Under the pieces are notes generated by a model. It saw nothing but the letters and a program-made list of their open reading frames with translations, was not told the origin of the DNA and ran no database searches. From Mantamonas sphyraenae STR306 (taxonomy: Eukaryota; Protista; CRuMs): a DNA stretch of 64,000 bases. The DNA lies in NCBI GenBank assembly GCA_026936335.1, contig JAPMXV010000002.1:1-64000 (forward strand). Reading direction: 5' to 3'. The position numbers were made by a program, and so were the translations under genes. This document shows, piece after piece, positions 57,001 to 64,000 of the stretch (the first letter of the stretch is position 1; the number at the start of each line of letters is the position of its first letter).

Positions 57001-58018
57001 CCTGCAAATGTGCACGCAGCAGTTTGAGCTGCAGATGCAACAGGACACACAGTACATCCAGGACAGCTTCCGCAAGCTGGACATGAACCGTGACGGCACC
57101 TTGAACCTGTACGAGTTTGAAAAGTTGATGATGGAGGTGGACCACAGCTGCACGAGTTTGGAAATTGCCCAACTGTTTTCATGGGCGCTGCACCGGCAGG
57201 CCGAACAGGACTTTGAGCATGCCAGCGCCTCGCGCTCGGACACAGAAATCACCTTGCACATGGTGCTGCGCATCTTTCAGATTGTTGGCTACTACAACCG
57301 CAACAACGGGTATCTGTACACGCCGCGGCAAACCATTACGGAAGAGGAGGCATCCAGCGTGTTTTCCACCCTTGGCACACACGTGGAGATGCTCAACAGC
57401 TTCATCAAGGAGCAAACCATCACATTGCGCAACACCAACATCCCGGGCAACAAGGTGATGATCCACCGCAGCAAGCAGGCGTACTCGCGACTCAAGCTCG
57501 AAGTCACCCGACGCGTCAGCGCCGCGCGGGCCCTGTACGCTCTCGACCGCACACACGCCCAGCTACAGCAGAATCTGCGTCAGATCCAAGAGTACAATGG
57601 CGAGTATCCTGTGGAGGAGGTTGCCGCGCACGTGCAGGACGCCCTCAGCATCCTCATTCGCCGCCGCGACTCGGGCACACGCCGCTCCATGCTCATGAAG
57701 GAACGAGACGCCGTGGACAAACGCAACAAGGTGCGTGCCATGATGCTGAGTGTGCAGGTCATCCAACGCTGTTTCCGCAAGCACCTGCGCAACGCAGCCA
57801 TCGACGTGCGCAAACCCAACGCCGAACACAGGCGTCCCAGCGCCATTCTCGGCCTCGTGGACATCAAAACTGCCTCCTCGTCAGCACGGAAGGAGGTCAT
57901 GGATCACCTCGCCGACCTGGAGGCTGACGAGAGTGAGGATGGCGAACACGAAGCTGTCGCCAAGGAACGCGAGGCAAGCCGGGGCTTGGCCTTTGATTTC
58001 GAAAAGGAGGACGCATGA
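54029..58018 (+). CDS. Large coiled-coil protein with an EF-hand and an IQ-like motif (TSNAXIP1-like helical region)
   Basis: First plausible ATG at 54029. Disordered N-terminus, long heptad region, helical domain (FAVFVHQFL..KY...IDLFARAL), EF loop DMNRDGTLNLYEF, and VIQRCFRKH IQ-like motif. Confidence 0.75.
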   Translation: MQDEIVLLDDGDDGTLSLVSSDTATLGSVLYTEEEPGVRRSGGQVSQRSALAQQQYVTRQHPYEGRHTVQSHVASVEAPQARQQPQQQQQQQWASQTQAHASRQRLQAALPLQHPSMPSSLPRVKTASGVRTGTRRTASRRMPSARASSSARGKRSVTAPGRGGRPLPPGASARESSTHGRINAHMSAVSSALGYDTLQSRQLNILKQVLRSGGTGQASAKLQALRQQHFLDRLKHTEYQNTDNYGMDGGLDTSSSGNSNGRGVVGKRGKRITATNTSSSSSSSSSGRRFGHSVFSRQAPLASQQPQDDNSNEGEEEEPEEEELEGDELEAHRRQRKEAQPISAVLLAMHKLLSAHRVSTQDISTQSLGAVAQEQQILDSSFAQLVLQAQETSLAPIMDLLRQRYHDLFRYSVLYAEAMQKQRDTAHSVSDFMQTRDSKWQRMLGQLEKHIERCADPRMKIVFNRLKATYTALFEVEVHGKRREELAALVRQQHEATGGDGEAEDMKVAKSAEHTQAMSSGELETAAVEMELQALQDDLNEANERNAKMEQHIGELNAYVGQLRGIINENEDDMDKYEAEIAQLRAALTEQNLAQVGLERDHATLQDEMQELQDQLSAANDRLAAFEAKEAEEKAKQQEQQEENNREFKRTAEQMLEMVGDTTDEDLQELAVQWDEERRQLLNSLMDMRAQLERTQGRRASKRLLTRNSSYDENGHEAMSSSSSSASNSSGADLHVGDHKREIMQRQWHTERKLLTSEMHRLQKKLDAGVTERMHPLVALCNEHIQLQAAQGLGSATTNMGADDADGGRAKSLEWLCGIVADVYTAYGRAFEHGILDPKDSFAVFVHQFLVYKYVRRSVADKTVLTIVQAIAVHRKDDLWIDLFARALEDEACQPLLQFVLILVSTLADCHVGLDYPPDALLKRPSWVSLERAIELTDHLFPTLKSSTLKNFVGLVSATSRVVPSTEAMLYGGAASGQSGAQERRIPFISFLQMCTQQFELQMQQDTQYIQDSFRKLDMNRDGTLNLYEFEKLMMEVDHSCTSLEIAQLFSWALHRQAEQDFEHASASRSDTEITLHMVLRIFQIVGYYNRNNGYLYTPRQTITEEEASSVFSTLGTHVEMLNSFIKEQTITLRNTNIPGNKVMIHRSKQAYSRLKLEVTRRVSAARALYALDRTHAQLQQNLRQIQEYNGEYPVEEVAAHVQDALSILIRRRDSGTRRSMLMKERDAVDKRNKVRAMMLSVQVIQRCFRKHLRNAAIDVRKPNAEHRRPSAILGLVDIKTASSSARKEVMDHLADLEADESEDGEHEAVAKEREASRGLAFDFEKEDA

Positions 58019-58137
58019 GAACATGCAATGGGATGGATGAAAGGAAGAGGGGGGGGGGCACTTGAAGTGAAGATAGAATGCATTCACTGTGGCTACGATT
58101 GCACACAGCGATTGCCGGACCACGCCAACACTTCCCC

Positions 58138-58911
58138 ATGTTGAAGCGCAGCCAAAGACTCGAGTCGCAGGACTCTTTGTTCGAGGGTATCTTCATCATC
58201 GGCGTGTGCGGAGGGACGGCAAGTGGCAAGACGACGGTGTGCAACAACATCATCGCGGCGCTGGAGGAGGAGAATGTGGGCAACTCGGTGGGTCTGATTT
58301 CACAGGACGCGTTCTACCGCGGACTGGACGAGGAGGAGATTCAGCTGGCGGAGGCCGGTGACTTTAACTTTGACCATCCGGACGCCATCGACTTTGACGC
58401 CATGATTGATGTGCTGAACGAGCTGCGTGCGGGCAGGTCCGTGGAACTTCCGGAATACGACTTTACGACGCACTCCCGCAAGGAGGAGACGGTGCACATG
58501 GCACCTGTCGAGGTGCTCCTTGTCGAGGGCATCCTAGTGTTTAGCGACGAACGCCTGCGTGCCATGTTTGACCTGCTGATCTTCACCAGCGAGGACGACG
58601 ACACTCGTCTTGCTCGCCGCGTGCGCCGCGACCTCGTCGAACGAGGCCGTTCCATCTCCAACATCCTTTCGCAGTACGAAAAGTTTGTCAAACCGGCCTA
58701 CGACGACTTTATCCATCCGACCAAGAAGTTTGCCGACATGGTCATCCCACGTGCGGGCACAAACGACGTCGCCCTCGCCGTCATCACCACCCACATCAAG
58801 CAGCGCATCAAGTCCCTCAACCTCTCCACGGGCGCTTTGTCTCGAAGCGTATCCGACGGCATCACAACTCCGGAGGACTCGTTCTCGCTCGACGAAAAGC
58901 AGTCCGAATGA
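58138..58911 (+). CDS. UCK: Uridine-cytidine kinase
   Basis: IIGVCGGTASGKTT P-loop, SQDAFY, FNFDHPDA, YDFTTHSR, VEGIL, RRVRRD..ERGR, FVKPAY..FI.PTK.FAD..IPR. Confidence 0.96.
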   Translation: MLKRSQRLESQDSLFEGIFIIGVCGGTASGKTTVCNNIIAALEEENVGNSVGLISQDAFYRGLDEEEIQLAEAGDFNFDHPDAIDFDAMIDVLNELRAGRSVELPEYDFTTHSRKEETVHMAPVEVLLVEGILVFSDERLRAMFDLLIFTSEDDDTRLARRVRRDLVERGRSISNILSQYEKFVKPAYDDFIHPTKKFADMVIPRAGTNDVALAVITTHIKQRIKSLNLSTGALSRSVSDGITTPEDSFSLDEKQSE

Positions 58912-59058
58912 AGTGGTGGTGATCGTTTGTGGACCCGTTGCACAGTGACTCTGGGCGGAGTCATCCAACATCTCAACTCTTCCACTTTGTTTGGTTCCCT
59001 TCTCTCTCCCCCGAGCGTCTTCTCCTTCCATCCAACGTCTTTGTGCACCCGTCCCCCA

Positions 59059-59667
59059 ATGACAAACAACACAACACGCACTCTCTCGCCCATGTTCCGC
59101 AGGGTGAGCCGACCCTTGTGCCAGGCGGCCGACAGCACGTACACAGTATGGGTCAACGAGTCGCAAAGGGGCAAGTTTCATGCGCTGCATGTGGCTGCCA
59201 TGGAGAACGACGGTGCCGCTGTGCGTTCCCTCGTGGCCAAAGGGACGGATGTGCTTGTTCGAGACAGCTTCTCATGCACAGCCATGCACCACGCGGCCAT
59301 TCAAGGGGCCGTCGATGCCATCCGTGTGCTGTGCGAGTTGGACGACAGCCTGGTGCAGCTTGCCAACCGGAACGGCTCGCTGCCCCTTCATTTTGCGGTG
59401 ATTGGAGAGCATACGGAAGCCACCCAATTGCTGATCGACCTGGGCACTCCTGTCGATAGCCAAGAGCGCGACGATGGCTACACGCCGCTGATGCACGCCG
59501 CCGAGGCCGGGTCGCACGAACTTGCGCGGTTGTTGCTGGCCAACGGGGCCTCTGTCACATACACCTCCCACGGAATGTCTGCCACAGACATTGCCAAGCA
59601 GACGGGTCACCATGAGCTCGTCCAGATGCTGGAATTTGTCGCTGATGGCCAAGAAATAGATTTGTGA
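59059..59667 (+). CDS. Ankyrin-repeat protein (4-5 repeats)
   Basis: ALHVAA, TAMHHAA..G, LPLHFAV, GYTPLMHAA..G. Start codon uncertain (59059 or 59092). Confidence 0.85.
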   Translation: MTNNTTRTLSPMFRRVSRPLCQAADSTYTVWVNESQRGKFHALHVAAMENDGAAVRSLVAKGTDVLVRDSFSCTAMHHAAIQGAVDAIRVLCELDDSLVQLANRNGSLPLHFAVIGEHTEATQLLIDLGTPVDSQERDDGYTPLMHAAEAGSHELARLLLANGASVTYTSHGMSATDIAKQTGHHELVQMLEFVADGQEIDL

Positions 59668-59830
59668 CATCTCCCCCGTCCACAAACCACATGCCACATG
59701 TGCCACATGCCATATGGCTTAGCACACAGAAGCTTCCTGTCCACAGCCCGTGTAGTTATGCATCAGACGTGCACATGCGTGCAATGCAGCTTGGCTGCGC
59801 TGCATTGGCCAAGAAACTCACGGGGGACAG

Positions 59831-62800
59831 ATGTCGTCTCAGGCAAACAACACCCAGTTCCGCAACAACTTTGGGTTGGGGCAGGACAGTGTCGTGTTGG
59901 ACGGTGAGTGATTGTGTATGCGTTGGTGTGTGTCACCCTTGCACGTAGCCACTAACCCGTTCTCTCTGTGTGTCTGTGTCTGCAGTCGTCCCGTGCACAT
60001 TGCGCTCGTTGGAGGATTGGGGCGGCGGATTCCTCTTTTTGGCCAACACCCACCTGTGCTATGCACCAGCCAGCCTCTTTTCCAGCGATCAAGTCACGCC
60101 CGAAACATCACTTGTGCTCCCATGGGGTGACATGCTCAGTGTCGACAAGGTACGTTGCCCTGCGTGGCTGTCCCCGTCCGCTGCCCTTTCCTTTTCACAC
60201 TCGTCCACCGTGCTCTCACCGCCCCTGACGCCTCTGTGAACCTCCTACGACACCGAATCTCACACCATACCCTGCCCCTGCAACCCCTTGTCGTCGCACA
60301 GCCTGCCAAACTGGTGTTTGTCAAGTCGCCACTGCGTGTGGTGGACACCTCCGAGCAGGTGAGTTGGCCCTCAACGACATTGCGCCGCGCCCTCTGCCCT
60401 TTTTCCGCTTTCCCAACCCCACACGCTCCACACTGGCCTTGTGTGTCTGCACCTCTGCATGCACCCTCACACGCACTCGCTCCCTGCCATCCCTGCCGCA
60501 GGAGTACATTTTCAAGGGCGTACAAGGCCGTGACAAGCTGCTCCAAGAGCTGGAAAAGCATCGCCTGGCCAACCGTCCCACCTCGCCGCTGCAAAGCGGC
60601 GCCAGTAGCAACACAACAGAGGACCAGACGGACGTCGACAGCGACTCTACAATCGAAGACGAACCTTTGGGCTCGACCACTGCCAAGAAACAGGTGCGCA
60701 TGCTACGGCAGCCGCTCCTGGCAGGCTTGGACAACGACGCCGCCGCCGATGCGCTTCGTGCACGCGAAGATTCGGAGGACTTTGGAGGCATGCCTGGGCG
60801 CGTGCAGTCGTTCCGCAAACCCACTGGGCGCAGCGTACGCCAGGGTTCGGACACAGTCATGACCCCATCGCGTCGCTTCACCGTGTCTGGCACGGATTCC
60901 GGAGCACACGAGTCTTCCATGGGCGGCAACAACACCATCGACCGCACCTCCTCCTCCTCCTCCACAGGCACCTCCTCCTCCGCAGACAACGCCTACGAAA
61001 AGTTTGTCGAGCGTGTGGTGGCACAGTACTCCAACATTGTCGACGCCACCAAGCACGAAGGCATGAGCGTCGAACTCATGGCCCGTTCCCTTGGCGTCTA
61101 CGGCCTGTGTGAACCCCTCAACGAATACCTCTTCCGCTTCTTTTCCTCCCAGAGCGACGACAGCAGCGACACATTCTCCGGTGTTTCCTCTACCTCCTCC
61201 GCCGCCGGCTCCTCGTCCCCGTCCCAAGGCCTTGTGTCCGTGCGGCAGTACAAAGCCGCCATGGAGCAGCTCACACGCCTGCCTGAAAACGACCCGCGTC
61301 GCTTCAAAATGGCCTTTGCCATGTTCAATGCCCAGGACGCCGAACGAGGCATCAGTTACGACGAGTTTTCCGACGTGGTGGGTGCCATGTTTGAGCTTCT
61401 AGTAAGCCAACTGGACATTTCGCGCGGCGACTCGCTCGAGGCCTGCGTCGACGAGCTGTGGGCTGTGTTTGACCAGGACAAGGATGGCTACATTAGCGAG
61501 GAGGAGTATGTGGCCGCGTGTACAGACAATCCCGTGACCATCTCCTCGCTGGGGGCGATGACTTCCACCTCGCAACTCATGCACGTGCCGCCCCTCGACG
61601 ACAAGTTTATTTCCTTTGGCCACCAGGACTGGTCTCTCGTGGCCAACATGATGTGGGGGGTGCGCAGGAGTGTGGCCGATGTCAAGGATCGTCTGCCCAC
61701 AGAGCTTACCAACAGCCACTTTGAAGAGGTGCGTCACATTGCCCTCGTCCCTCCGGGCTCCCGCTCCAGCAAGGCCTCCACTGCGGTCATCCTTGGCGAC
61801 GAGACCATCCTCGACGACGACTCACGCACCAGCCAAACCATCAACGGCGAGCCCTGCTGGGTCTTTTGCGACTACTCCGGCATGGCCTTCCACCACATCC
61901 GCAAGGTCTTTCACGTCGATGACGACGAGTACATGGCCAGCTTCTCGCCCGAAAAGTTCCTCGGCTCCCTCCTCATGGGCAACCTCACCTCCCTCAGCGA
62001 GCTCGTCAGCTCGGGCAAGAGCGGCTCGTTTTTCTACATGAGCACCGACAACCGCTTCCTCGTCAAGACGGTCACCAAGGACGAGTCCAAAGTCCTGCGT
62101 CGCCACCTCGCGTACTACTACGACCACATCACAAAGTGTCCCGACACCCTCCTCACACAGTTTGTGGGCAACGTGAGTTCCCTCCAGCCACCACCTATCG
62201 TTTTCGTGTCGCTAACCCCCGCCCTTCCCCACCCGCTTGCATCCACAGTATGGCCTCAGGCAAGGAAACAAAACAAAGATGTACTTTGTGGTCATGCGCA
62301 ATGTGTTTATCACAGACAAGTACATCCATGAACGGTACGACCTGAAGGGCTCGACACACAACCGCAGCGTGCGCGAGGACAAGCGCGTCGACAACGTGGC
62401 ACTGAAGGATCTGGACTTTGAACATACAATCTCGCTGGGTGTGGAGCGCAAGGCCATGCTGTTGCAACAGCTGACCCAAGACGTGGAGTTTCTCACGCAG
62501 TGTCGCGTCTGCGATTATTCCATCCTGCTCGGCATCCACATCATCGACGATTTCGCTGGGCCGGCCACAGAAGAGGAAGCTGCCCAGATTGAAGCCCTTG
62601 AAGGCGAGGAGCGTCTTGCCCTCGAGTACAAGCTGTACAACCTCACGGACACCTCGTCCGAGTTCAACAACCTCTTCAAGAACAGCAGCGGCGGCTTGCT
62701 CTCCCGCACCCAGGACGGAAAGGTCGGCAAACACATTTACTATATGGGCATCATCGACATCCTCACCGAGTTCAACGTGAAAAAGAACGCAGAATCCGTG

Positions 62801-62899
62801 TGGAAGAGTGTCCTCCACGAAAAGGCGGCCATCTCTGCCATCCCACCCAAGCCCTACGGCTCCCGTTTCATCCAATTCCTCGAGGGCAAGATTGAGTGA
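59831..62899 (+). CDS. GRAM domain + EF-hand + phosphatidylinositol phosphate kinase (PIP5K) fusion. Exons 59831-59903, 59986-60149, 60302-60358, 60502-62172, 62249-62899
   Basis: Four GT-AG introns (CTAAC in the first and last) splice in frame. N-terminal NTQFRNNFGL...VVPCTL...GFLFLANTHLCY...LVLPWGDMLSVDK...EYIFKG..RD (GRAM-like); DQDKDGYISEEEY (EF-hand); SSGKSGSFF, FLVKT, FVVMRNVF, YDLKGS, LKDLDF, DYSILLG, YMGIIDIL (PIP5K). Confidence 0.88.
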
Positions 62900-63015
62900 A
62901 CAGACACTGCAACTGACACCGCGCTTGTCCAACGTCCGAACAACGAAAAGAGACCATTCCATTTTTCCACAGCTTTCTTCTCTGCTCATCATCACCATCA
63001 ACCATCAGCCATCCA

Positions 63016-63875
63016 TCATCCACACATCCCATTGGCCCACTCCAGAAACAAATTCAACACCTCCTGGCCCCCGTTGGGCTCAAACAGGATCTCGTGGCGC
63101 AGGCCGGGGAAGCTGTGGTGAGTCTTGTTGGTCGACACAGCGTGCTTGTGGTAGTTCTGTGTCGCCTGCGGCAACACAGTGATGTCGTCCTCGCCCGTGC
63201 ACACAATGAACGGATACGAGTCCTCTTCGTAGCTGGCCGACACCTTGTCAAAGTGTACCATAAACTCACGCGCCATGCCCAGGCGGATGGCCCCCGTGTA
63301 GTTCAGCTCGTCTGCAAGATATTCGGCAACCTTGCGTGCGTCGCTCGAGATTCCATTCGGGTCCAGCGGACGCAGCTCCACCGTAGGCAGGAACGGGCCC
63401 ACAGCCTTTGCAACCATGATCTCGTGCGGCTTGGCGTCTGTCCCTGCCGCAATGGCCGGCGACGACAGCATCACGCCGTGCCAGCGATTCGGGTTTCGGC
63501 GTGCAAGGAAGATCGAGATCATGCCTCCCATCGAGTGGCCCAGCAGGAACTTGGGCAGCTTGCGGCCCTGTGAGCCGCCCAACCGTTCCACCTCGTTCAC
63601 AAACGTCTCGTACTGTGCACCAACCCACCATTCCATGCGTGTCAGTCCTCCGTCTCCTCTCTGTGCAACCTTCCCTCCTCCCGCCACGCCCACCACATAC
63701 GTCATCCACAAGCCACATCAGGTTTTCCACGTACGCGCGCGGCTCCCCTTCGCTTTGGCCGTGGCTGTAGTGGTCGATTGCATACACCGAAAAGCCCGAT
63801 GCGTTAAACTCCTTGGCCACGGCGTCGTAGCGTCCACAGTGCTCTGCAAACCCATGCACCAGAAACACAAGGCCC
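63016..63875 (-). CDS. Monoacylglycerol lipase/lysophospholipase (alpha/beta hydrolase, Hydrolase_4), 5'-partial. Exons 63875-63701 and 63612-63016
   Basis: LVHGFAEHCGRY, DHYSHGQSEG, FLLGHSMGG nucleophile motif, GEDD, HEILFE. Intron 63700-63613 (GTATGT..CAG). A further upstream intron runs toward the window end. Confidence 0.9.
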
Positions 63876-64000
63876 CTGTGTACACAGAAATCGGTGGCGG
63901 CGCCGCAACGTTAGCCCTCTTTGCCCCAGCCCGTCTGTGCCAACCCACACAGCCACACGTCCATCCTCCGGCACCACACCCTCACCACCACACTCAACAA

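Overview
Left end of a chromosome from a GC-rich, very gene-dense, intron-poor flagellated eukaryote, probably a protist; the taxon cannot be determined from this window. A (CCCTAA)n telomere (1-~248) is followed by an orphan gene with four copies of an unrecognised helical domain (893-4090). Next comes a single ~38-kb gene (4256-42508; 5 exons, one GC-AG intron, six apparent single-base frameshifts) encoding a ~12,550-aa secreted, multi-pass surface protein. It is built from Gly-rich modules, C-type-lectin-like domains, 12 SBBP-type beta-propellers, cadherin-like, filamin, IPT, discoidin-like and 18 invasin-like Ig repeats, and ends in a ~9-TM anchor. Its most striking property is nesting: a ~5,500-aa propeller array appears to sit inside a split C-type lectin domain, which itself sits inside an IPT-like domain. 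The remaining ~21 kb holds tightly packed genes: an unknown multi-TM protein, an Mn-CDF transporter, RBM34/Nop12, a probably mitochondrial topoisomerase II, a GPI-type PI-PLC-X protein, CCDC96, a coiled-coil/EF-hand protein, uridine kinase, an ankyrin protein, a GRAM-EF-hand-PIP5K fusion and a partial monoacylglycerol lipase. Nine frameshifts across three genes are most simply assembly indels but need checking. All domain calls come from motif recognition by eye; no searches were run.
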